Source: Candidatus Hydrogenedentota bacterium (GTDB lineage Bacteria; Hydrogenedentota; Hydrogenedentia; Hydrogenedentales; SLHB01). Taken from it: a stretch of 12,391 bases of DNA. The first letter of the stretch is position 1. Every line of letters starts with the position of its first letter. The notes under the pieces were generated by a model, which did not search any database, was not told the DNA's origin, and worked only from the letters and a program-made list of their open reading frames with translations. The stretch is taken from positions 1-12,391 of the forward strand of contig CAVUWV010000006.1 of the NCBI GenBank assembly GCA_963745075.1. The letters run 5' to 3'. Shown here piece by piece: positions 1 to 10,102 of this stretch. The translations under genes were made by a program, and so were the position numbers.

Positions 1-15
1 GGCGCCGTTCAGGTA

Positions 16-1184
16 TTACCAATTCGTGTAGCTGCCGTCCGGCCGCTGCAGATGCGGGTGCTCGTGCATCACCAAGGGATATTTGTCCGCCGCATCTTCG
101 TCGAATGTCACGCCCAGACCCGGCCGCGTCGGCATCGGATAAAACGGTCCCCGTGGCGCAAATGCATTTCGGGGAAAACGTTGTTCCGCCCTCGTTAAAC
201 GACGGTATCACTTCGCAACAGGTCAGGTTGTTCACCGCCATGGCGAAATGGATGGTCGCCGCCGTGCACACCGGACCGATCGGGTTGTGCGGCATCATGT
301 CGATGTAATGGGCCTCGCACCAACCCGCGACCTTCTTCGCTTCGGTGATGCCGCCGATGCAGCAAATGTCGACGCGGGCGAAGTTGGCGAGGCCGCGTTC
401 GATATACGGCAGGGCCGCCCATTTGCTCGGCCATTCTTCACCGATGGCGAAGGGAACGTCCGTCATGGTCCGCAACGTGGCGTAGGCGTCAGGATTCTCG
501 TTGCGGATGGGCTCTTCAAGAAATCCGAGGCTGCCGCGCGGAATGCGTTGGCAGACTGGGCCGCTTCGACGACACTGAGACGGTGGTGATAGTCGATCCC
601 GAGCACGACTCCTTCGGCGTCTTCTCGTAGACCTCGGTGATCCGTTCCGCGGTGCCTGGATCGACGCGCGCACATCGAAGACGTTCGTCGGGTCGTCGTG
701 TGGATGTCTACACGCAAAGCGCGCGGGTAATGTCGTCGGCGCGAGAACCGAATGCACGGCCAGCCTTCGTCGACGGCGGCCTTGACGCGGTCCATGCACT
801 CGGGCTCGTTGAGTCCCCCGACCGTGCAAAACCCAAAAATGCGGTCTCGGCACGCCCCGCCGAGCAGTTGATACACCGGCACCTTCAAGGCTTTGCCGAC
901 GATGTCGTAGAGGGCCATGTCGATGGCGGCCATGGCGCCGGTGATCACCCGGCCGCCTTCGTAGTAGGCGCTGCGGTACATGACTTGCCAGATGTGCTCG
1001 ATCTGCATGGGGTCCATGCCGATAGAAACTCGCGGAAGTGCTTAACGATGCCGTCCTGCGCGTGTTCGCGTGTGGAACAGCCGGCTTCGCCGATCCCATA
1101 GATGCCGGCGTCGGTTTCGACCTTGATGATGTGGAGGTCGCGGGGTTTGGACAAGAGGAAACTTTTGATTTCAGTGATCTTCAC
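16..1184 (-). CDS. Mandelate racemase/muconate lactonizing (enolase superfamily) acid-sugar dehydratase, galactonate/mannonate dehydratase-like; at least 7 frameshifts in this sequence
   Basis: Stitched by hand from alternating frames. GTG at 1184: VKITEIKSF...IIKVETDAGIYGIGE...(IG)MDPMQIEHIWQVMYRSAYYEGG...AAIDMALYDIVGKALKVPVYQLLGG...IDYHHRLS...FLEEPIR...PFAIGEEW...MMPHNPIGPV...PTRPGLGVTFDE...HPHLQRPDGSYTNW, then TAA at 16-18. The three metal-ligand positions (D in IDYHH, E in LEEP, E in IGEE) and the HNP motif are intact. Frame breaks near 1024, 700-741, 654, 611, 555, 185 and 150. Confidence 0.9.
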
Positions 1185-1209
1185 GGAAAAAACGCTTCTT
1201 CCCAGCGCC

Positions 1210-2317
<1,108 letters not shown>

Positions 2318-2348
2318 GTTGGTCTCGAACTGCGATTACGTACTTCGG

Positions 2349-3918
2349 TTAGTCGCCCCATTCAAAGGCGTAGATACTAGCATTTCTGAGGCGAAAAGCG
2401 AGACGGGCCGTGTCGCAGTCTTCCGGCCACGCGAGTCCGGCGACTTCGACGTGCAGCCCATCGTCCGTCACGGCGGGCACGTCGTCGTAGGTCGCACCTT
2501 CCAGGGCGATGCCGTCTTCATCGAGCAGTTGGACGCGAATCTCGCCTGCCGATGCGTCGGCGTTGAGGTAGAGGTGCCGCCCGTGAGTCGGATTGGTGAG
2601 CGGTACGGTGACCAACTCCCCTGCTTTCGTCACCGGTCGCGGTGCGCGCGACGAAGCGGTCAAGCGGGAGAAAGGCTAATCCGAGTTGGCGCTCCTTGAG
2701 CGGATCGGACTTGTGTCCGCGCGCGTAGCCGCCGTAGTAAATGTAGTACCGATCGTCTACCGGAATCACGCTGCCGACCCACGTCATGGCGCGATCCCAG
2801 GCGCCCGGTTCGGGATTGCGATCGAAGAAGATGTCGTCGTGCCGCTCCCAATGCTTGCCGTCGCGGCTGGTCGCGAGGGTGGTGTAGCCGATGCCTTCGG
2901 CCTCGCCACCGGGTTCGGCGGGATAGTCGTCGTGGAGCATCCGCACGAACGAAATCAGGAGACCGCCTCGGGCAATCGTTCCGCCTGCGCTGTAGAATTC
3001 GAGCAGGTCTTTGTCGCGCGGTTCGGGGACAATCACGCGCCAGGGTTGTTCCCAGTGCATGAAGTCTTCGCTTGATGACGCACTGACGAGACGGCGGATG
3101 TAGGTGCGGGCCCGGGGTCCGGTCTCAAGATTGTCCGCGGGCACGGCCGGCGTCTTTACTAGAGCGCCGTACCGGTTGCGATAGGGGTCGCGAAAAACGT
3201 CGATGATGTCGCCCACACCATAGGGCCGGCGCGGATCGTCCAGAAACCATTCTTCACCGAAGTCGGGCAACACGGGATTGCCGTCGTACGGTGTCCAATG
3301 CAGTCCGTCGGGCGAGAACGCTACGCGCATACCTGGATCGCCGTCCGGCCATGGTTTGGACTGTCCCCACCACGCGACCTTGTAGCGGTGGTCGGCGGGT
3401 GTGTGATCCGGCCCGTCATCGATCACGCTGACGCCGTATCCATTCTGAAAGGGCGCGCTGATGACCATGAGACGGTTCGTATCGCCGAGAATGCCGAGAT
3501 TCGGAGTTTCCCACGTCTTGCCGTCTGCGGACTCTGCATAGGCGATGGCGGACTCCTTTCCGACGCGGTCGTTGTACCACATGCGGAACCGGCCGGTATC
3601 CGAATCATGGAGAACCGTCACGTAGGGTTGGGTCGTGTGCTGCTGCCATCCAAGGATCGGATTGCCTTCGTACCGTTCGGGCGATCGCGTAACGCGGGCG
3701 AGGCCGTGTGATGACGCGATGAGGTAATCGTCAATGAAGAGCTGCGGTCCGAGGCTGATGTCTACGGGGTCGCAGGATGGGAAGGTGCGAATGTTGTAGC
3801 TCGGGAGGGCCTTGGGCGTGGCGGCGAATGGTTGTTTCGGTTGCTCGGCGGCGTGGGTGCATACGCACACGAGGACGAACGTCGCTGCTGCAAGTGCGAT
3901 TCTGCTGCGAATGAACAT
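2349..3918 (-). CDS. Secreted beta-propeller glycoside-hydrolase-like protein with C-terminal beta-sandwich (uncharacterised family), paralogue B; one frameshift
   Basis: ATG at 3918 with GGGAG RBS (3925-3929). Sec signal MFIRSRIALAAATFVLVCVCTHAA. Motifs LFIDDYLI, RFRMWY and Asp-box-like repeats (AESADGKTW, FSPDGLHW, SSSEDFMHW, ATSRDGKHW). Removing one T from TTT 2625-2627 joins LDRFVARTATGDE to AGELVTVPL...LYLNADASAGEIRVQLLD...LAFRLRNASIYAFEWGD, giving 522 aa colinear with the neighbouring paralogue. Confidence 0.8.
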
Positions 3919-3953
3919 GGTGAGCTCCCATTACCGCATACCAATGCAAAGGT

Positions 3954-4031
3954 CGTAATCCTGAGCGCCAGCGAAGGATCTTTTTACGCAATCGCTCAAC
4001 GGCAGAATCCTTCGCTGGCGCTAGGATGTCG
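3954..4031. repeat. Intergenic REP-like inverted doublet (GTCATCCTGAGCG...GCGAAGGATC type)
   Basis: Left arm cgtaatcctgagcgccagcgaaggatct (3954-3981). Right arm agaatccttcgctggcgctaggatgtcg (4004-4031). Perfect 16-bp inverted core at 3964-3979 / 4007-4022, extended by atcct after a 1-nt gap. Lies between the two beta-propeller genes. Confidence 0.75.
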
Positions 4032-4057
4032 GCCAGTCGTCCTCCAAGAACGACGAA

Positions 4058-5509
4058 TCAGTCCACAAACTGGAACGAATACAGCTTCGTATTCCTAGCG
4101 TCGAACTGCAATCGGACCGGTTTGCCACTGAGGGCACTCACATCCGTAGCGCCGTCCTTCCATTCGACGGTCTTCTGCAAGTAGTTGCCGTTGACGATGC
4201 GCGCGTCGTCGAGTCCGAACCCTTCAATCGCCTTCCCGTCGGCGTCGAGAATCGCGACGCGCAGTTCGCCCGGGGCAGTGGTATTCACGTTGACGACAAG
4301 TTGATTCCCAGTGAATGTGAACGGCGCCGTCGTGACTTTCCCGCCCTCGTACGCAAAGTCCAGCGAAATGAATCCGTCAATCCGTTGCTCGACGCGGAAC
4401 ACGCCGCCCAACTCGCGACCGCCCTTGCCGTAGCGGACCTGGGTATCGCCATGCGTGAAGGCGTAGCCCATGAAAAACTGCACGAGCATGTCGTCTTCGT
4501 AGAAGATGCCGGGAATCGCCATGGCAACCTTGATGTCGCAGCCGTCGTATACGCCCAGCGGGATGTAGCGCTGACGATGGCGCGTCCAATGGATGCCGTC
4601 GCGGCTGGTGGCGAGTTGCGTGTCGATGGTGCCGTCGTTGGTCTTGCCACCGATGGCGAGCGTCGCCGCGTTCAGATACGCGCGGCCCGGTGCGTTCCAG
4701 TGGTAATAGGGCGTGGGGAATCCGACGTAGGCATTCCGCGCCAGGGCGTATTTCTGACACGCGTTTGTGTAGAGGTCCACTTCCGGGGGATCGCGATCAT
4801 CGCCGGACATGACCATCGGGATTTCATCCGGCCACGGTTCGTCCATGGACTTCGTCGTCACGACACCCACGGCGCGCCAGTGGTCCGGCGTCACGCGGGG
4901 AAAGTGAAAATACTTCCGTTGGTCCGCGTCCCAGAATGTGGATATCTGGCTGTCGGAATGGATCGCGGATATGGACGTCTCGTCCATGGTGAAGTGAATG
5001 CCGTCGGGGGACGTAAACAAGCGGGTCTTGAGATCCGGATGGCTCGAAATGAGCGCGTACCGCTTCTCGATTGGCGCGTTGGGATCGACGATGACCGTTC
5101 CCTCCCGTTGCGCGTAGAGCACGAAATTGTTGTCCGTGGACCCGTTCCAATCGACCGCGCCAAGATTGGGCTTCTCCCAATGGATGCCGTCCTGCGAAGT
5201 CGCCAGGGCGAAACCGAAGCCCGGTTCCACGTCCCAGGCGACCGGCACGTAGTACAGGCGGTATTCCTTCGCGATGGGATCGTAGAAGGCGTTTCCGTAG
5301 CTCGTAATGCCGCCGGCTTCCCAGGGTTTGTCGGCGATCACCACCAGTTCCGTCTGGCCCGGTGGGTTCACCTGGAGTTCGGCGTGGTCCATCGAATCCA
5401 GGAGAAAGGAATCGAGAAATAGAAACTTGTCACCACCCAGCACGTATGGCTCGGCGACCGATACCACGCAGAACACCGCCAGGACTACGGCGAGCGTCAA
5501 ACCCTTCAT
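4058..5509 (-). CDS. Secreted beta-propeller glycoside-hydrolase-like protein with C-terminal beta-sandwich (uncharacterised family), paralogue A, 483 aa
   Basis: ATG at 5509 overlaps the symporter stop (ATGA 5506-5509), with a GGAGGAGG RBS at 5520-5527. Signal peptide MKGLTLAVVLAVFCVVSVA. Motifs LFLDSFLL, DKPWE, YRLYY, ATSQDGIHWEKPNLG, TSPDGIHF, ATSRDGIHWTR, RIDGFISLD, GELRVAILD and KPVRLQF..KLYSFQF. Confidence 0.82.
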   Translation of the reverse strand: MKGLTLAVVLAVFCVVSVAEPYVLGGDKFLFLDSFLLDSMDHAELQVNPPGQTELVVIADKPWEAGGITSYGNAFYDPIAKEYRLYYVPVAWDVEPGFGFALATSQDGIHWEKPNLGAVDWNGSTDNNFVLYAQREGTVIVDPNAPIEKRYALISSHPDLKTRLFTSPDGIHFTMDETSISAIHSDSQISTFWDADQRKYFHFPRVTPDHWRAVGVVTTKSMDEPWPDEIPMVMSGDDRDPPEVDLYTNACQKYALARNAYVGFPTPYYHWNAPGRAYLNAATLAIGGKTNDGTIDTQLATSRDGIHWTRHRQRYIPLGVYDGCDIKVAMAIPGIFYEDDMLVQFFMGYAFTHGDTQVRYGKGGRELGGVFRVEQRIDGFISLDFAYEGGKVTTAPFTFTGNQLVVNVNTTAPGELRVAILDADGKAIEGFGLDDARIVNGNYLQKTVEWKDGATDVSALSGKPVRLQFDARNTKLYSFQFVD

Positions 5510-7111
5510 TTCGTAAACACCTCCTCCATACCCGTCAACCGCATATCCGGCCGGTCCATGATCGCCTTCCAGGTCCAGCGCAGTTTTTCGGGAGTTGGCG
5601 CACCGGTGAAGACGTTGACGACGTGAGCGACGCCAATGGTGACAACAAACGCGACGACCGTGTTCCAACCGAACCCGAGGGTCGTGCAAAAGCTCCAGTA
5701 AAAGGCGGCCGCGAACCCGGAGATTGCGCCGATCATGACGCCCAGGGTTCCGGTGCGGCGCGAAAACATGCCCAGCAGGAATATGGGAATCAGTAGTCCC
5801 TCAAAAATGCCGACAACTTTGCGAAAGGCCTCGAAGAGATTCCCGCTGTCCACCAGTTGTTTGAATTCGAGCGCGAAGATGGTGACAAGAACACCAAGTA
5901 GTACGGCGCAAATGCGCGAGAACCACACCATGCGGTGCTGGGACAACCCGGCGGCGTGTTGCTCGGGCGACACGTGGCCGTGGAATAGGCGCACGTAGAA
6001 ATCGGAAAAGATGCCGGAGGTCGCGGCGGTGATTCCGGAACTCACACTGGACTGTGCGGCGGCATAGATGGCGGCAATGATCAACCCTTTCAACACGACC
6101 GGCATTTGTGCGCCGATGAAATACGGAAACATGTGCTCGTACTTGGTGCCCTCGGGCAGGGGATGAATCTTGAAGTAGGCGAAGAGCGCCATGCCCAACA
6201 CGATGAAGAGCACCGAGTAGATTACATACGCAATCGAATTCAGGATGAAACCCGACTTGCTGTCTTGAATCGAGCGCGACGTCAGGTACCGCTGCACCAT
6301 GACCTGATCGGCGCCGTAGGAGGTGAGTTTGGACATCGTTCCGAGCAGAATGATCGACCAGAAGGTCAGCGGCGCTTTGAAGTAGAGGTAGACTTTCTCC
6401 GTCCAAGACGACGCCGTAGCCATCTCGGGAATCTTGGCGGTGAAGTACATGAATCCTTCGTCACGCGATACGGTCCAGACGCGGCTGAATCCACCGTCCA
6501 CGTGGCCGATCACGAGCCAGGTCGCCACGATGAGCCCGATGAACATAATGATGGCCTGGGTGACGTTCCGTCCAAATTACTCCACGCACGCCTCCCATCG
6601 CCGTGTAGGCCGTCGTGATGACGCCCAGCACGATGATCGTGACGTAGAGATCGAATCCCATAACCACGTTCAACACGTAGGCGGGCAGATAGATGGTAGC
6701 GCCCATCCAGGAGATTCGCCAGATGATAAAAAGCATCGTCACCGCGACGCGCACGCTGACGTGGAAACGCTGCTCGAGATACTCGTAGCAATGGTAGAGC
6801 GGCAGGCGCTGATAGAACGGCAGAAAGTATTTGAAAATGATCGGAAAGGAAATAACCACGGGCAGCAGGAACACAAGGTTCATGAACCCGAATTCGAGGA
6901 TCTGCGCGGGACCCACAACGTAATCGGCCGCGCTGTTCAATGACGCGAGCAGCGACAAGCCGATGGCAAACCAACCTATGCTGCGACTGGCGAGCAGGTA
7001 TTCCGACGCCGACTCCTGCCGCCGGGAAAACCGCGCGCCAATGACGAGCATGCCCAGCATGTACAACACAATGACTGCGCCGTCGATCCAATGAAAGTGT
7101 GGTTCCGGCAC
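5506..7111 (-). CDS. Sodium:solute symporter (SSS/SLC5 family, probable sugar or sugar-acid transporter); one frameshift
   Basis: GTG at 7111 with GGGGAG RBS 5 nt upstream. N-terminus HWIDGAVIVLYMLGMLVIG..SEYLLASRSIGWFAIGLSLLAS; also YEYLEQRF, YTAMGGVRGVIWT and GADQVMVQRYL. Removing one T from TT 6566-6567 restores the conserved VIWTDVTQAIIM and gives a 534-aa multi-pass membrane protein. Confidence 0.92.
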
Positions 7112-7147
7112 CCGGACTCCCCTTCCGATTCCCGCCAGAAAACCGTT

Positions 7148-7177
7148 ACTATTGGGGATCGAGCGGGGAGATGTCAA
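7148..7177 (-). promoter_or_regulatory. Putative sigma70-type promoter for the symporter sub-operon
   Basis: Perfect -35 TTGACA (7177-7172), an 18-nt spacer and -10 AATAGT (7153-7148), inside the 85-bp gap upstream of the symporter start. Confidence 0.5.
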
Positions 7178-7196
7178 AGGTGCGGAGACGCGAATT

Positions 7197-8291
7197 CTAA
7201 TTGTCTTTCACGTCTCCAACCGTCATTTTCCGTTCTTGCCAGTAGACTTCGTCATGGAAACCAAACTGCGTTGGAGTGTAATCTCCGACGAGGTCGACGT
7301 TGGCTCCCGTGGCGGGGAGTTGGTCGGTCAGGTCGAGGCACCAGTAGACGGCGTTGACGAGGAGGCGGCGAACGCCGTCCGAGACCAGATCGGCAGAAGC
7401 ACCCATGGTGGTCGTGAAGGCTTTTCCTTGCGCGCCGCCGGGGACTTCGTAAGTCTTGGTCCAGGCGACGGGCATCATGGGGTTGTTCTTCTCGCCTTCG
7501 ACCGGTGTGCCCGTATCGGGACGCATGCCGTAGAACAGATCGTGCTCGTCGTAAACATCGCCATGCGCCAACACTTGGCCGAGCACGAGAGGCGTGCTGT
7601 CGCCGGGAAGCGGAAGGCGCACGCCGTAGACATCGGTTGGCGCCCAGATGTCGCCGTCGTGGATGCCGCGAAGGAGGGGATGCTCCTGCGCGCCGGGAGC
7701 GACGATGCCTCGCGTGCTTTCGTACTTATGCTTACCGTGGTGGTTGACCCATTTCTCACCGAGTACGAGCCGCCCGAAACCGTCCGTCCATTCGGCGCGG
7801 TCGCCTTTGTAGCCGTTGCTGTAATAAGCCCACTTGGATTCGGGCGCGGTGTTAAACGCGTGGGTCGCCGTGCGCATCCCGATCACGGGTCTGCCGGACT
7901 TCAGGTAGCGGTCGACGTGTTGCATCTGGTCATCGGGCAAATCGCGGAAGCGGGTGAAGATGATCATGAGATCGGCATTATCGAGCGCTTCGAGGCCGGG
8001 AATGTTCTTGGTGTAATCCGGATCGATGTAGCCGGTATCGGGATTGATGGCGAACAGGACGGTGCACGTGAAGCCATGACGCTCGGCGAGGATCTTGCCG
8101 AGTTGCGGCAGCGCCTCTTCGGAGCGGTATTCTTCGTCGCCGGATATCAGGACGATGTGTTTGCCCACGCCGGGGCCGTCGGTACCCGTGTAGGTCACCC
8201 AGGGGTCTTGAGCGCGCGCCGATGTAACGCCAAGGGCGGCGGATACGGTAGCGAGACAAAGAAGGTTCATTAGAAGAGTCGATCCCGGCAT
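7197..8291 (-). CDS. Secreted ThuA-like domain protein (class I glutamine amidotransferase-like fold), 364 aa
   Basis: GGAGG RBS at 8301-8305. Signal-like segment LLCLATVSAALGVTSARA-QD. Motifs KHIVLISGDEEYRSEE, IPGLEALDNADL, GRPVIGMRTATHAF, HPLLRGI, PVAWTK and AFTTTMG..D...RRLLVNAVYW, typical of the planctomycete ThuA-like family. Confidence 0.78.
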   Translation of the reverse strand: MPGSTLLMNLLCLATVSAALGVTSARAQDPWVTYTGTDGPGVGKHIVLISGDEEYRSEEALPQLGKILAERHGFTCTVLFAINPDTGYIDPDYTKNIPGLEALDNADLMIIFTRFRDLPDDQMQHVDRYLKSGRPVIGMRTATHAFNTAPESKWAYYSNGYKGDRAEWTDGFGRLVLGEKWVNHHGKHKYESTRGIVAPGAQEHPLLRGIHDGDIWAPTDVYGVRLPLPGDSTPLVLGQVLAHGDVYDEHDLFYGMRPDTGTPVEGEKNNPMMPVAWTKTYEVPGGAQGKAFTTTMGASADLVSDGVRRLLVNAVYWCLDLTDQLPATGANVDLVGDYTPTQFGFHDEVYWQERKMTVGDVKDN

Positions 8292-8343
8292 TTAGTCACA
8301 CCTCCGTTTCGGCTGAATACTCCAAACTCTGTTAAGGCTTCGT

Positions 8344-8368
8344 ATGTAGCGCAGGCGTCCCGCCTGCA
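8344..8368 (+). repeat. GTAG-type REP element, left arm of inverted doublet
   Basis: atGTAGc-gcaggcg-tcc-cgcctgc-a: a GTAG foot followed by a 7-bp stem and 3-nt loop. Exact reverse complement of 9558-9582. Confidence 0.85.
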
Positions 8369-8376
8369 TCTTCCTA

Positions 8377-9553
8377 GTGGTGTGATTTATAGTTGAGGGA
8401 ATTTATCGTTTGTCGTATGCGTTCTGTATATAACTGGCTCGCAATGTGGAGAGGACCATGCGCATAGCAGCGAAGATACACCTCAATGAGGAAGAACAGC
8501 AAACACTGACGAAATGGTCGCGAGGACGCAGCACGCCGGCGCGCTTGGTGCAACGGGCTAAGATAATCCTGCTGGCAGAGCAAGGCCTGCAAAACAAAGA
8601 TATCGCCAAAATGCTCGGCGTAATGGAACGAACGGTTGGGCGTTGGCGCGGGCGCTTTGCGAAAGGCGGCTTGGCGGTCATCGACAAAGACCTGCCCCGT
8701 GGCGGACGCCACGCCACAGAGCGCGAGAAACATGAGGCTTCCATCATCAAGAAGGTACAGGAAGAGAAGCCCAACAACGCCACCCACTGGACTACCCGTG
8801 AACTTGCCGAAGCTGTCGGAACCAGTCAGAACCTCGTCTTCCGCGTGCTGCGCGCCAACGGGCTCAAGCCGCACCTGGTGAAGACGTTCAAAGTCAGCAA
8901 CGATCCGCGCTTCGAGGAGAAGCTGCGCGACGTGGTGGGATTGTACTTGAACCCACCCGAGCACGCGCTGGTGATTAGCGCCGATGAGAAGACATCGATT
9001 CAGGCACTTGACCGGACGCAGCCGGAACTGCCTATCAAGAAAGGCCGTTGCGGCACGATGACGCATGACTACAAGCGCAACGGAACGACCACGCTCTTTG
9101 CGGCCGTTGAGATGGCCGAGGGGCAGGTCATATCGACCTGCATGGACAAGCACCGCCATCAAGAATGGATCAAGTTCCTCAAGCTGATTGACAAGGAAAC
9201 GCCGTCCGCCTTGGACGTCCATTTGATCGTGGACAACTATGCCACGCACAAACACGAGAAGGTGAAGAATTGGCTGAAACGGCACCCCCGGTTTCATATC
9301 CATTTCACGCCGACCAGCAGCTCTTGGCTCAATGTCATCGAAGGCTTCTTCGCCAAGCTCACCCAGAAACGTTTGCGCCGCGGCATCTTCAAGAGCGTCG
9401 CCGATCTGAAAAGGGCCATCAAAGAATTCATCGAGGCGCATAACCGGGACCCAAAACCTTTCGTATGGACAGCCACCGCAGAGAAGATCATCGAGAAAGT
9501 CGGCCGTGCGCGTATCGCAATGCATAATGATCCATCAGCTTAAATCAAACCAC
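8377..9553 (+). mobile_element. IS630-family insertion sequence, 1177 bp
   Basis: Terminal inverted repeats gtggtgtgattta (8377-8389) and taaatcaaaccac (9541-9553) match 12/13, extendable to about 24 bp with one gap. TA is duplicated at 8375-8376 and 9554-9555 within a CTAG target. The element encloses a single DDE transposase. Confidence 0.93.
8458..9543 (+). CDS. IS630-family transposase, 361 aa, uninterrupted
   Basis: ATG at 8458 after GGAGAGG. N-terminal HTH (RAKIILL...[18 protein letters not shown]), [28 protein letters not shown], catalytic triad in SADEKT / IVDNYATH / SSWLNVIE, plus [14 protein letters not shown] and PKPFVWT. The stop codon lies in the right inverted repeat. Confidence 0.96.
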   Translation: MRIAAKIHLNEEEQQTLTKWSRGRSTPARLVQRAKIILLAEQGLQNKDIAKMLGVMERTVGRWRGRFAKGGLAVIDKDLPRGGRHATEREKHEASIIKKVQEEKPNNATHWTTRELAEAVGTSQNLVFRVLRANGLKPHLVKTFKVSNDPRFEEKLRDVVGLYLNPPEHALVISADEKTSIQALDRTQPELPIKKGRCGTMTHDYKRNGTTTLFAAVEMAEGQVISTCMDKHRHQEWIKFLKLIDKETPSALDVHLIVDNYATHKHEKVKNWLKRHPRFHIHFTPTSSSWLNVIEGFFAKLTQKRLRRGIFKSVADLKRAIKEFIEAHNRDPKPFVWTATAEKIIEKVGRARIAMHNDPSA

Positions 9554-9557
9554 TAGT

Positions 9558-9582
9558 TGCAGGCGGGACGCCTGCGCTACAT
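9558..9582 (-). repeat. GTAG-type REP element, right arm of inverted doublet
   Basis: tgcaggcgggacgcctgcgctacat, a 25/25 reverse complement of 8344-8368. Confidence 0.85.
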
Positions 9583-9585
9583 TTG

Positions 9586-9608
9586 ATACCCACGAAAGCG
9601 GGAATCCA
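9586..9608 (+). repeat. Degenerate ATTCCC-N8-GGGAAT (dRS3-like / CGTC-type REP) palindrome
   Basis: ATACCC-acgaaagc-GGGAAT-cca. One mismatch to ATTCCC-N8-GGGAAT, and it retains the characteristic cgaaagcgggaatcca tail. Single copy in this window. Confidence 0.5.
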
Positions 9609-9615
9609 TCATACA

Positions 9616-9650
9616 CGATTCAGGCTCGGTCGCGGCCGACTGCTGAATCG
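9616..9650 (-). terminator. Stem-loop just downstream of the membrane-protein gene (possible terminator or mRNA 3'-stabiliser)
   Basis: 8-bp outer stem cgattcag (9616-9623) / ctgaatcg (9643-9650) with inner tcggtc/ggccga pairing. Begins 3 nt after the stop at 9654. No clear U-tract. Confidence 0.35.
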
Positions 9651-9653
9651 GAA

Positions 9654-10091
9654 TCACGCCGCAGGTCGCGTCCAGTACGGATACCTGAACCGACAATAGT
9701 CTCGGAACAAACCCCAGCCGACTACAATGACAATCGAAACGATGCCCGCAATGCGGTAACTAAGTACCGCTGCTTCAGTATCCGCCCTGTGTGCAGTTAT
9801 GATCATTCCCCAGGATGGAAGAATCACGAAGAACGGATCGAAGACGAGTACGATGCTTCTATGCCAAGGTGGGAACACGCGCAAGATTATAACGATGACG
9901 CCAAACAGCATCGCACGGTCTATTTCACCGTGCGAAAGTAACACGCATGCTGCGAACATGCCGGCCCAACTCGATAGGACGGCAATAGCCTGCACCGCAG
10001 GAATTCCGACGAAGCGCCCAAGGCATTTCCAGACCCATTTGCCGAACGTTTCGAAAACCGTCGGTTCGTTGGCCGTGGCGCTATCGCCCAT
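9654..10091 (-). CDS. Hypothetical integral membrane protein, 145 aa, about 4 TM segments
   Basis: ATG at 10091 preceded by AAGGA overlapping the oxidoreductase stop. Hydrophobic stretches AVQAIAVLSSWAGMFAACVLL, AMLFGVIVIILRVF, IVLVFDPFFVILPSWGMII and IAGIVSIVIVVGWGLF. The upstream extension to 10409 in the ORF track overlaps the oxidoreductase and is spurious. Confidence 0.65.
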   Translation of the reverse strand: MGDSATANEPTVFETFGKWVWKCLGRFVGIPAVQAIAVLSSWAGMFAACVLLSHGEIDRAMLFGVIVIILRVFPPWHRSIVLVFDPFFVILPSWGMIITAHRADTEAAVLSYRIAGIVSIVIVVGWGLFRDYCRFRYPYWTRPAA

Positions 10092-10102
10092 CACGCAAAT
10101 CC

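Noticed and set aside
697..714. Small hairpin cgtgtggatgtctacacg in a poorly translatable part of the dehydratase
   Set aside because: It is short and imperfect and lies in the most error-rich region, so it cannot be separated from noise.
4301..5422. Long plus-strand ORFs (4301-5422, also 1532-2380, 7152-8273 and 10109-10933)
   Set aside because: They are antisense to well-supported genes. Stop-poor mirror frames are expected from GC-rich codon bias, and they show no RBS or domain motifs.
6555..6575. Programmed frameshift or phase variation in the symporter (and at 2625-2627)
   Set aside because: There is no slippery heptamer or long homopolymer, only TT or TTT. Sequencing indel is the simpler explanation.
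8374..9525. 383-aa minus-strand ORF spanning the IS
   Set aside because: It is the antisense shadow of the transposase in the mirror frame and has no recognisable motifs. Such shadows are common opposite IS630 genes.
8344..9582. Treating the 25-bp perfect inverted repeats as the IS termini
   Set aside because: The inner gtggt.tgattta repeats with a flanking TA duplication fit IS630 ends. The outer repeats have GTAG-plus-hairpin REP structure and are asymmetrically spaced from the TA sites (6 nt versus 2 nt).
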